From positions 20,111-84,110 of the forward strand of contig CAYSXY010000003.1 of the NCBI GenBank assembly GCA_964435165.1: a stretch of 64,000 nucleotides of DNA, in the 5' to 3' direction. A model generated the notes under the pieces. That model was given only the letters and a program-made list of their open reading frames with translations, was not told where the DNA came from and did not search any database. This stretch comes from an uncultured Rickettsiales bacterium. GTDB lineage: Bacteria; Pseudomonadota; Alphaproteobacteria; Rickettsiales; RI-342. This document shows positions 36,121 through 44,151 of the stretch, one piece after another. How positions within the stretch are numbered: the stretch's first letter is position 1; each line of letters opens with the position of its first letter. Position numbers and translations under genes: made by a program.

Positions 36121-36450
36121 TTAACAGGCTGCGGCTTTGCCCGTGAGCGTGGCGGCAATCTCAGCAGCCGAAAAAATGATGCCGATGCCGATATTGGTGG
36201 TTAACACTAAACCCCAGGTGACGCGGCCAAACATGGCCATCAGCGCCAGGGCGATAATGGCAGCACTGGCAACGGGTGGGCCGATGTCATCACGCACAAG
36301 GTTCACCACCTTACAAATACTTGCCTGAATGGCGTGCGCCTGATCCGGAACCATCAGTGTAAAACAAAAGAGTAGCAACGCCACCGAATAGACGATGGCG
36401 TTGCTGAGTTGTTGGTGTAATTGATGAGTCTGCATAAACAGAATTCCCAA
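36121..36450 (-). CDS. virB2: VirB2/TrbC-family pilin paralogue
   Basis: Long signal peptide ending 'AHA'. The mature part, 'ASICKVVNLV...AAIIALALMAMFGRVTWGLVL..IGIGIIFSAAEIAATLTG', parallels Agrobacterium VirB2 'NNICTFILG...MFGRASLGLVAG..IMFGASFLGKTLTG'. Confidence 0.75.
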   Translation of the reverse strand: MGILFMQTHQLHQQLSNAIVYSVALLLFCFTLMVPDQAHAIQASICKVVNLVRDDIGPPVASAAIIALALMAMFGRVTWGLVLTTNIGIGIIFSAAEIAATLTGKAAAC

Positions 36451-36464
36451 TTAAATCCTAGCGA

Positions 36465-36788
36465 TTAGCACGGGTTCTCACCAAATACGACGTTCACAAT
36501 TTCTGGAGCGCCGAACAGACCGGCAATACCAACGATGATGATAATCACCGTCATCCACTGCAGACGACCTAACATTGCCATCAGTGCGACGATAATAATC
36601 GCAATGGTTGCCAGGGCTTTACCGGTTGGACCCGTAATATATCCAATGGCAGCACAGAGGCTTTCGTTAAAGGTCTGTGCAACAGCGCCCATTTGCGGTG
36701 CCATGGCAATGAGTGCCAGGAAGCTGAAAAAGACGGCTGCTTGCCATTTATCGATTGTGTTTAATTTAGCTTTGATACTTGTAATCAT
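36465..36788 (-). CDS. virB2: VirB2/TrbC-family pilin paralogue
   Basis: Signal peptide ending 'AVAQ', then two hydrophobic helices, 'ATIAIIIVALMAMLGRLQWMTVIIIIVGIAGLFGAPEIV'. First gene of the locus. Confidence 0.7.
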   Translation of the reverse strand: MITSIKAKLNTIDKWQAAVFFSFLALIAMAPQMGAVAQTFNESLCAAIGYITGPTGKALATIAIIIVALMAMLGRLQWMTVIIIIVGIAGLFGAPEIVNVVFGENPC

Positions 36789-37007
36789 GTCTAACTCCTA
36801 AATGTTGATATCAGTTACAATAGCTAGGTTAATATTTACCATGCCATGGTGACAGATTTTTGACAGTATACGCAAAGAAACGTTACAAATCGCCTAATCC
36901 ACAGATGAGGGTTATTACTTTAAAAAAGGTAAATGCCTTGCGCTTGATCTCAAACTAAACTACTCATCTTTCACCATTACTGACTCATCACACAGTGTAT
37001 TTTTAGC
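36789..37007. promoter_or_regulatory. divergent AT-rich intergenic region (expected promoters of the virB operon and of the AGCS transporter gene)
   Basis: The argument is positional only: this 219-bp AT-rich gap separates divergently transcribed first genes. I could not assign any specific -35/-10 or operator site. Confidence 0.3.
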
Positions 37008-38705
37008 ATGTTATTTCGCCTATTTCAGCCTTCTTTTTGCGCCCTCTTGTTTTTTCTCCTATTCTTGTTGTTCTCGACATCTTTTGCCTATGCACAGGCA
37101 GATAGCGGTTCAGAGAAGGGTGTAACAACACCAGAAAATGCATCAGATTCTCGTTCAGGCGCCCCTGAGGAAGTGGGGGAGGGGATGCAGGAACTGGAAC
37201 TTGAGCCGCCTTATCCGGATCAGCCTTATGAGATTATAGAGGAAGAATCGCGCATCGATTCAGCATTGGTTGACGGGTTTGAGGCAGGCTTTGAGGTGTT
37301 TGTCGGTTGGATGGAAGCCGTACTCTTTTACGAGATTGTTGGATTTCCAGCCGTAGTATTATGGCTTATCGTTGGCTGTGTGTTTTTCACCTTGCGGCTT
37401 GGTTTCGTCAATATTCGCCTGTTTGGGCATGCGCTCAAGGTTGTACGAGGCACCTATTCCAGTCCGGATGACCCTGGAGAGGTGACGCACTTTCAGGCCT
37501 TGTCGGCGGCTGTATCTGCGACTGTCGGCTTAGGAAATATTGCCGGGGTAGCCGTTGCCGTGTCGCTTGGCGGGCCGGGAGCGGTGATCTGGATGATGAT
37601 TGCCGGGTTCTTCGGGATGTCGATGAAATTCTCCGAAGTGACCATGGGGCATAAATTCCGTCACATTGATGAGCATGGCAAGGTACGCGCCGGGGCGTTC
37701 TATTATCTGGAAGAGGGATTGCGTGAGCTGAACTGGCCACGGTTCGGTAAATTTCTGGCCATTGTTTTTGCTATTTGCTGTCTTTGCGGGTCGCTTGGTG
37801 GCGGCAATATGTTCCAGTCTAATCAATCAGTGGCGATGATGACCAACACGTTCGGGTCTATCAGCGATCTGGATTGGTTGATTGCGCTCGTACTGGCCGT
37901 TGGCGTTGGCTTCGTGTTGATTGGCGGTATTAAACGTATTGCCAATGTGGCGGAGGCAATTGTGCCATTGATGGCGCTGATTTATGTCACCGCATGCCTG
38001 GTGGTGCTGGTAAGTAATGCTGAATTTGTGCCGACAGCGCTGGGCACCATGATTTCGGAAGCCTTTGATTGGCAAGCGGCAGGTGGCGGAATGATCGGTG
38101 CGTTGATTATGGGCTTCCGTCGTGCTGCCTTCTCAAACGAGGCTGGGGTTGGCTCGGCGCCAATTGCCCATGCGGCGGCGAAAACCAAAGAGCCGGTGCG
38201 CGAGGGTTGCGTTGCGCTATTGGAGCCATTTATTGATACGATGGTGATCTGCCTCATGACAGGAATTGTGATTACGGTTACCGGTGTTTATGCGGATGAG
38301 ACGATCAATGCAGACGGTGCGCGCCTGACCAGCGCTGCTTTTGCAACCGTGGTGGACTGGTTCCCTGTTGTTCTGTCTATTTGTATTATTCTCTTTGCGT
38401 ATTCGACCATGATCACCTGGAGTTATTATGGTGAAAATGCCTGGGTCTATATGTTCGGCCCCAAGCGCATTGGGATTTACCATGTGATTTTCTGTACAGC
38501 GACTTTTGTTGGCGGGGTCATTAATTTTGGTGTGGTGCTGACTTTTTCCGATTTGATGATCTTGATGATGGCGGTGCCTAATATTTTAGGGCTCTACTTC
38601 CTGCAGGGTATCTTGCGGCGGGAAGTGAAGAGCTACATGCAGCGCCTCAAAGCAGGTGAATTTGTTGAACATAAAGCGCATTTGAAGGACATGATCGGCA
38701 ATTGA
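37008..38705 (+). CDS. alanine/glycine:cation symporter (AGCS family) with an ~85-aa N-terminal extension
   Basis: 'LGGPGAVIWMMIAGFFGMSMKFSE', 'FSNEAGVGSAPIAHAAAKT', ~11 TM segments. An extra signal-like segment plus an acidic region lies at the N terminus. Confidence 0.85.
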   Translation: MLFRLFQPSFCALLFFLLFLLFSTSFAYAQADSGSEKGVTTPENASDSRSGAPEEVGEGMQELELEPPYPDQPYEIIEEESRIDSALVDGFEAGFEVFVGWMEAVLFYEIVGFPAVVLWLIVGCVFFTLRLGFVNIRLFGHALKVVRGTYSSPDDPGEVTHFQALSAAVSATVGLGNIAGVAVAVSLGGPGAVIWMMIAGFFGMSMKFSEVTMGHKFRHIDEHGKVRAGAFYYLEEGLRELNWPRFGKFLAIVFAICCLCGSLGGGNMFQSNQSVAMMTNTFGSISDLDWLIALVLAVGVGFVLIGGIKRIANVAEAIVPLMALIYVTACLVVLVSNAEFVPTALGTMISEAFDWQAAGGGMIGALIMGFRRAAFSNEAGVGSAPIAHAAAKTKEPVREGCVALLEPFIDTMVICLMTGIVITVTGVYADETINADGARLTSAAFATVVDWFPVVLSICIILFAYSTMITWSYYGENAWVYMFGPKRIGIYHVIFCTATFVGGVINFGVVLTFSDLMILMMAVPNILGLYFLQGILRREVKSYMQRLKAGEFVEHKAHLKDMIGN

Positions 38706-38727
38706 GTTACCTTTGTGCTGATGACGA

Positions 38728-38940
38728 TTACGTCGTCTGGCCGCTTTTTTGAAGCCGGTAGTGTAATTTTTTTAGCGCCAGGTCTTTGAGTACGGATTCA
38801 GAATGAACGGTGACCGGGCCTGAGACGGTTACTTCAACGCCGGTGTGTGCATCAATGGCATTGACTCGCAGATACTGGCCAATTTGTCGTATTTCAAAAT
38901 ACACCTCGCCAGCATGATACGGTGGTGTGCGGCGGCTCAT
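38728..38940 (-). CDS. small conserved hypothetical protein (70 aa)
   Basis: Intact ORF that overlaps the Trm112-like gene by 4 nt, suggesting translational coupling. No motif recognised. Confidence 0.55.
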   Translation of the reverse strand: MSRRTPPYHAGEVYFEIRQIGQYLRVNAIDAHTGVEVTVSGPVTVHSESVLKDLALKKLHYRLQKSGQTT

Positions 38941-39134
38941 GCCGAATCCAGTTTGCGTGCTTCATCCGGCAGCATGATGGGAATACCGTCACGGATGGGG
39001 TAGGCGAGTCCTGCCTTAACGCTGATCAGTTCCTGTGCCGCTTCATCATAGTCCAATGGTGATTTGGTGAGAGGGCAGACTAATATTTCCAGTAATTTGG
39101 GATGAATGTGCTGTGATGGTTTTGTCATAGGCAC
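38937..39134 (-). CDS. Trm112-family protein (UPF0434)
   Basis: '[14 protein letters not shown]' and '[19 protein letters not shown]'. Confidence 0.8.
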   Translation of the reverse strand: MPMTKPSQHIHPKLLEILVCPLTKSPLDYDEAAQELISVKAGLAYPIRDGIPIMLPDEARKLDSA

Positions 39135-39249
39135 GGCTCCTTTGCATCATCGTCGGTGAGGGCGGTATTTTGTATGCTTTATTGATCTACGCAATGCATT
39201 GGGGGCTTGCAAAGAAAAAAAAACGGCTTATGTTGCCATCAATGCTTAA

Positions 39250-39324
39250 GCGGGCGTAGCTCAGGGGTAGAGCACAACCTTGCCAAGGTTGGGGTCGAGA
39301 GTTCGAATCTCTTCGCCCGCTCCA
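39250..39324 (+). tRNA. tRNA-Gly (anticodon GCC)
   Basis: GCGGGCGTAGCTCAGGGGTAGAGCACAACCTTGCCAAGGTTGGGGTCGAGAGTTCGAATCTCTTCGCCCGCTCCA forms a cloverleaf. The anticodon loop is TTGCCAA. Confidence 0.95.
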
Positions 39325-39329
39325 ATAAC

Positions 39330-39353
39330 AGGCCCTCACCAGGGCCTTTTTTT
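39330..39353 (+). terminator. rho-independent terminator after tRNA-Gly(GCC)
   Basis: AGGCCCT-cacc-AGGGCCT followed by TTTTTTT. Confidence 0.85.
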
Positions 39354-39462
39354 ATATAGTTTCCGAGTGTAAAGGGTATGTCAGACCCTGCACCGCCTTC
39401 TCACAGTATAGCACAGCGATTTATCAGGGATCGTGGCACGTTGATAGAGGAAAGGATTGGGT

Positions 39463-40902
39463 ATGGCCGAGGAGAATCCGTCATCGCATCCCGAAGGCTC
39501 TGATAACACCATGAATGCTGACGGTACTGTTGTATCTGATTCCATGGCAGATAATCGTCCCTATGGAGTAAGCAAGGATGACATTCGTGGTATTCGTGAT
39601 GCGCTGGATATTGGGGATACGGAAACAGCGCGCTGCGCTACGACCGATTTTCACGCAGCGGATCAGGCCTATATTTTAGATATGCTCTCCGGTGAGCAGC
39701 GTCAGCAGCTACTCGATGTACTGGCAGACGATTTTGATCCTCATATTCTAAGCCATCTGGATATTGATGTAACGGAAGAGGTGGTTGCGCATCTAGGCCC
39801 GGATGCGACCGCTGAAATGCTGGGAGGGCTGGAGACTGACGAGGCGGTCAGTATCCTTGAGGATTTTGAGGAAGCTGACCAGCAGCAGATTTTACAGGCA
39901 TTTCCCGAGCAAAATCGCGATATGCTCGAAGAAGGGCTATCCTATCCCGAGGGTAGCGCCGGTCGGCTTATGCGCAAGAAAATGGTGCTGGCCCCCCATT
40001 ACTGGACGGTGGGTAACGTGATTGATTATTTGCGGAAGCACGAGCAACTTCCGGATGATTTCTATTCTATTTTCGTGGTGGATGCGCGAGGACGCCCTGT
40101 CGGGAGTGTGCTGTTGAGCCGTATCATTCGGGCGCAACGTAAAGAGCGTGTTGAGTCGCTGATGACACCCGGCCCGCATACGATCCCACTGAATATGGAT
40201 CAGGAGGAGGTGGCGCACCTCTTCAAAAAATATGGGATGGCCAGTGCGCCGGTTGTGAGCGAACAGGGACGTATTCATGGGATGATTACGATTGATGATA
40301 TCGCCGATGTCATCGAAGAAGAGGCGGATGAAGATTTACTCCGCATGGGTGGGGTTGGTGAAAGCGATCTGTTTTCTGCCTTACATGAGACGGTCAGACG
40401 TCGTTTTCCCTGGCTGTTCATCAATCTGTTAACCGCCATTATGGCGTCTCTGGTTATTGCGCAATTTGATGATGCGATTGATCAAATGGTGGCGCTGGCA
40501 GTGCTTATGCCCATTATTGCATCAATGGGCGGCAATGCCGGTACCCAAACCGTGACGGTGGCTGTGCGGGCGATTGCCACACGTGAATTGACCGATGTGA
40601 ATGCGTGGCGTGTGGTGGGAAAGGAAACGCTGGTTGGGTTCGTCAATGGCCTGGCGTTTGCCATCATCACCGGGGTGGCGGTGTTATTGTGGTATCAGGA
40701 CATCACATTGGCAATGGTGTTTGCGCTCGCGACGGTCGCGACACTTACCGTCGCTGGATGCTCAGGGGCGCTGATACCACTCGGTCTCGCCCGTATGGGG
40801 GCGGATCCTGCCATTTCTTCCAGTGTGTTTTTAACGACGGTGACGGATGTGATCGGGTTTTTGGCGTTTCTTGGCATTGCTGCCATGATTTTACTGAGTT
40901 AG
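39463..40902 (+). CDS. mgtE: magnesium transporter MgtE
   Basis: N-domain, tandem CBS pair ('MTPGPHTIPLNMDQEEV', 'GMITIDDIADVIEEEA') and TM domain ('PIIASMGGNAGTQT'). Start at the ATG at 39463, after AGGAAAGGA. Confidence 0.95.
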   Translation: MAEENPSSHPEGSDNTMNADGTVVSDSMADNRPYGVSKDDIRGIRDALDIGDTETARCATTDFHAADQAYILDMLSGEQRQQLLDVLADDFDPHILSHLDIDVTEEVVAHLGPDATAEMLGGLETDEAVSILEDFEEADQQQILQAFPEQNRDMLEEGLSYPEGSAGRLMRKKMVLAPHYWTVGNVIDYLRKHEQLPDDFYSIFVVDARGRPVGSVLLSRIIRAQRKERVESLMTPGPHTIPLNMDQEEVAHLFKKYGMASAPVVSEQGRIHGMITIDDIADVIEEEADEDLLRMGGVGESDLFSALHETVRRRFPWLFINLLTAIMASLVIAQFDDAIDQMVALAVLMPIIASMGGNAGTQTVTVAVRAIATRELTDVNAWRVVGKETLVGFVNGLAFAIITGVAVLLWYQDITLAMVFALATVATLTVAGCSGALIPLGLARMGADPAISSSVFLTTVTDVIGFLAFLGIAAMILLS

Positions 40903-40959
40903 CCACCATGCATGCGCATCGTTCGCTTGATATCAGATGCATTTAACATGCAACTATGT

Positions 40960-41619
40960 TCAGGAGGAAGCGGCTTCCGCCGGCTTCGGGTCTTTCACCA
41001 ATTTGAAATTTTCAATCAGTTCCGCTTCCGATTCGTTCAATTCTGGCGAGGCTGATTGTGTCTTTGGCTGACTATCAAGGGATGTTGAAGGTTTTGCCGC
41101 CGGTTTCAGCGTGTCTGCCAGTGTGGGAGGTGTATTCGGCGCGCTGTTTGCTCCTAATGTATGCTGCGTTGCGGCTGGTGCGCCCGGTGCAGGAGATGGG
41201 GAGGCAAACACATTTTTATCGGTTTTTGCGTTGCTATTATTCGTAATGCGCTCGACACGTTTACATTGTCCATCAACAAAAGCACCATCATCAATGGTGA
41301 GCGATTCATGCATAATGACGCCTCGCACACGGCCTGTTTTGGTCAGATGGACGTGACGCGCCTTGATCAGGCCACTAATCTCACCCTGAATTTTGACCGT
41401 ATCTGCCACGACGTCGCCTTTGACCATGCCACTTTCGCGCACTGTGAGTGACAGGCATTTGATATTGCCATCAATGTGGCCATTAATGTCGATGTAACCG
41501 TCACTGATCAGGTTGCCGAGGATGTTCATATCGTTGGAAATCAACGACGGAATCGCATCTTTCGGTGGTTTGCCGATTTTAGCGGTATCAGGATTCTGGC
41601 CGGACTTTTTCAGGAACAT
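40960..41619 (-). CDS. bactofilin-family cytoskeletal protein with a disordered C-terminal tail
   Basis: Beta-helical repeat core 'ILGNLISDGYIDINGHIDGNIKCLSLTVRESGMVKGDVVADTVKIQGEISGLIKARHVHL'. Confidence 0.8.
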   Translation of the reverse strand: MFLKKSGQNPDTAKIGKPPKDAIPSLISNDMNILGNLISDGYIDINGHIDGNIKCLSLTVRESGMVKGDVVADTVKIQGEISGLIKARHVHLTKTGRVRGVIMHESLTIDDGAFVDGQCKRVERITNNSNAKTDKNVFASPSPAPGAPAATQHTLGANSAPNTPPTLADTLKPAAKPSTSLDSQPKTQSASPELNESEAELIENFKLVKDPKPAEAASS

Positions 41620-42721
41620 GCTTGCCTGCTTTCACAAATTTATAAGGGTTTAAAGGCTTGTTATTGAAGCGCACTTCGTAATGCAGGTGGGCACCTGTAC
41701 TTCTACCTGAGTTGCCCTGCACGCCGATTTCCTGCCCCAATGTTACCTGTTCACCCTTTTTAACATAAATCTTACTCAAATGGCCATAGCGAGTTTTGAA
41801 TCCATGACCATGATCAATCTCGACCAGGCGGCCATAGGCTCCCTTGCGGCCTGCGTGAACCACTTTGCCGGGGGCGGTGGCAACGATTTTGGTGCCGACG
41901 GGCCCGGCAAAATCCAGGCCATAATGCATGGCACGTTTCTTGGTGAAGGGGTCGAGGCGCCGCCCATAATGGCTGGTAATACGTGCGCCCTTGGTTGGGT
42001 TGGCCAGCGGCATAGCGTTGAGGATATCATTGAGCACAGCCAGTTCAATCAACCCATCAACGACCTCTGGTTCGTTATATTGTCCCAGTTCATCACTGTA
42101 ACCAATAAAAGGGCCGCCTTGATTGACACTCTCCCCATCTTCCGGCGTTGATTTGGCTTCTTTGTTCTGTTTCTGGATGTTGCGATAGGCTTTAAAGTCC
42201 GGCACTTCCACACCGGTCATGCTGATGATTTTTTTCAATTCTTCAATATCTGCATAGGTGCGTTCACCAAGTGAATCCAGAAAGTCCTGGCGATAATTTT
42301 CCAGCATTAACAGCCTATCTTCCAGATAGGTAATGCGATCGACTAATGTGGTTTCATCGTGAATGACGTCCTGCGCGGCATATTGCTCTAGGAAATAGTT
42401 TTCATATTGCGTCTTTTTCTTATCTTCCGGATTCTCCGCTAGACGCAGCAAGTCGCGTTGTAGCATGGCATAATGCTCACTGAGCACCACATTGCGGTCT
42501 TTTTCTGCGGCGATCTGAGATTCTTTATCGATCAAAACGATTGTGTAATTGAAATAGACCAGCGTCGCATAGGCCATCCAGCCGATAAACCCAGCTAACG
42601 CAACGCCGGATAGCACCTGCAGTTTGCTGCTGAGGGGCACATTACTCACCCGGTTATGTGATATAACCACGATCTTGCGCTCGGTGAGCAAGCGCCGGAA
42701 GAACAGTCTGATTGATCGCAA
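41588..42721 (-). CDS. M23-family peptidoglycan metalloendopeptidase (membrane-anchored, coiled-coil linker)
   Basis: 'HYGLDFAGPVGTKIVATAPGKV', 'IDHGHGFKTRYGHL', 'GNSGRSTGAHLHYEV'. TTG start. The 3' end overlaps the bactofilin gene by 32 nt. Confidence 0.85.
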   Translation of the reverse strand: MRSIRLFFRRLLTERKIVVISHNRVSNVPLSSKLQVLSGVALAGFIGWMAYATLVYFNYTIVLIDKESQIAAEKDRNVVLSEHYAMLQRDLLRLAENPEDKKKTQYENYFLEQYAAQDVIHDETTLVDRITYLEDRLLMLENYRQDFLDSLGERTYADIEELKKIISMTGVEVPDFKAYRNIQKQNKEAKSTPEDGESVNQGGPFIGYSDELGQYNEPEVVDGLIELAVLNDILNAMPLANPTKGARITSHYGRRLDPFTKKRAMHYGLDFAGPVGTKIVATAPGKVVHAGRKGAYGRLVEIDHGHGFKTRYGHLSKIYVKKGEQVTLGQEIGVQGNSGRSTGAHLHYEVRFNNKPLNPYKFVKAGKHVPEKVRPES

Positions 42722-42746
42722 GGTAGCTGCCTCATGTCAGGATTTG

Positions 42747-44066
42747 CTATGATTGCTGCGCGCGCTGAAACGCACACATGAAAAATCCGTCCATATCATG
42801 TATATGCGGAAAACATTGAAAATATGCTAACATGCCGGATTTCCCCCAAAAACATGGTGATATTTCCTCACTATTGGCCTTCTTGTCAACTGCGCAAGGG
42901 TTAATATCCGGTAGGTTTTGAAGAACCCATTCTCCCTGCTCAATATTTTCTTTGTCAAGCAGAGAACAGGTCATATAGGCCATCATGCCGCCCGGTTTCA
43001 CATAGTCCCAGACATGGGCGAGAATTTCTCGCTGCATACTTATCAACCGTGCCAAATCCTTCTGGCTGTGGCGCCAGCGAAGCTCGGGATTGCGCCGCCA
43101 GGTGCCACTACCGGAGCAGGGGGCATCGACTAGAACCAGCTCTGCTTTAGCACGGTAGGGCATGAGTCTGGCGCTTTCATTTTCGCCATGGATCGGGCTT
43201 ATCATCTGATCGCATCCGGCGCGATGGGCGCGTGCCATCAGGCGTTCGATGCGTTTGGGGTCGGTATCATAAGCAATGATATGGCCTTGGTGCTGCATGG
43301 CCTCGGCCAGCGCCAGGGTTTTACCACCAGCACCGGCACAATAATCCAGCACTGTCCAGCCGGGCTGCACAGCCAAGGCACGGATTGCCAGTTGGGAAGA
43401 GGTGTCCTGAATTTCTGCCAAGCCTTCTTTCATCACGCGGCTGGATTGCAGTGGCTGGCGAGTGGTAATGCTGATGGCATCCGGCCCGTGCGGGTCCGCC
43501 GTGGCCTCGATATGCTCCTCAGCCAGTATGGCCAACACCTGTTCACGGCTGCGTTTTGTCTGATTACAACGTAGCATGACGGGGGCTTCTGTGGCCATGG
43601 CATCAAGCAGACGGCCGGTGTCATCTCTATACTGGCTCTCAATGATGCTATAGAGCCAGCCCGGCAGGTTGGCGCGTGCGGCATGCGGCATTGAACCCTC
43701 ATGCTTCCTGTGGCTGGCCTTGAGTGCCGCCAATCCCTCTTCCTCCATTGTGTTGAGAGGAGGCGGACTATGTGGGTGCCCATCACAGATGGTGGCGATG
43801 TCGTCAACCCGTTCCTGCAGCAGAAGAAAGGCGAAGCAAAGAAGGCGAGGGCTGGCCGATAATGCGTGTTGTGCCAGATGCCATGTTAAACGGCCGCGCT
43901 GTCGCATGATGCCATAATAACAGGATGCAATTTCTCTGCGGTCTTTTGACCCAATATAGCGGCGTTTGGCGGTGTAGCGGCGGAAGCATAAATCAGCCGG
44001 CAGGCTGGATTGTTCCAGTTGCTCGAGTAACTCAATCACGGCCTGGATACGGGCATTATTCTGCAT
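42747..44066 (-). CDS. rsmB: 16S rRNA (cytosine-C5)-methyltransferase RsmB/Sun family
   Basis: NusB-like N-terminal domain, SAM motif 'VLDYCAGAGGKT', catalytic 'VDAPCSGSGTWRRNPE'. Confidence 0.85.
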   Translation of the reverse strand: MQNNARIQAVIELLEQLEQSSLPADLCFRRYTAKRRYIGSKDRREIASCYYGIMRQRGRLTWHLAQHALSASPRLLCFAFLLLQERVDDIATICDGHPHSPPPLNTMEEEGLAALKASHRKHEGSMPHAARANLPGWLYSIIESQYRDDTGRLLDAMATEAPVMLRCNQTKRSREQVLAILAEEHIEATADPHGPDAISITTRQPLQSSRVMKEGLAEIQDTSSQLAIRALAVQPGWTVLDYCAGAGGKTLALAEAMQHQGHIIAYDTDPKRIERLMARAHRAGCDQMISPIHGENESARLMPYRAKAELVLVDAPCSGSGTWRRNPELRWRHSQKDLARLISMQREILAHVWDYVKPGGMMAYMTCSLLDKENIEQGEWVLQNLPDINPCAVDKKANSEEISPCFWGKSGMLAYFQCFPHIHDMDGFFMCAFQRAQQS

Positions 44067-44151
44067 GTGTTACAACTTTAATAAACAGATGAAGTGAGAT
44101 TGATATGATGCTATGACTAATCAGATAAAATAATGACGCTAACCTGAACGC

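Noticed and set aside
16491-36788. Interpretation of the two 36-nt repeats as attL/attR of a T4SS-bearing island integrated at tRNA-Gly(CCC)
   Set aside because: The interval between the repeats (16.5-23.5 kb) holds core genes (NDUFA12-like, mlaD, aat, aroQ, thiSG) rather than the T4SS. The T4SS lies outside this interval. The tRNA 3' end points away from the T4SS, and no integrase is present. I kept it only as a dispersed-repeat observation.
36789-37007. Possible glycine riboswitch upstream of the alanine/glycine symporter gene
   Set aside because: The region is AT-rich and lacks the conserved GGAGAG...CACCG glycine-aptamer cores.
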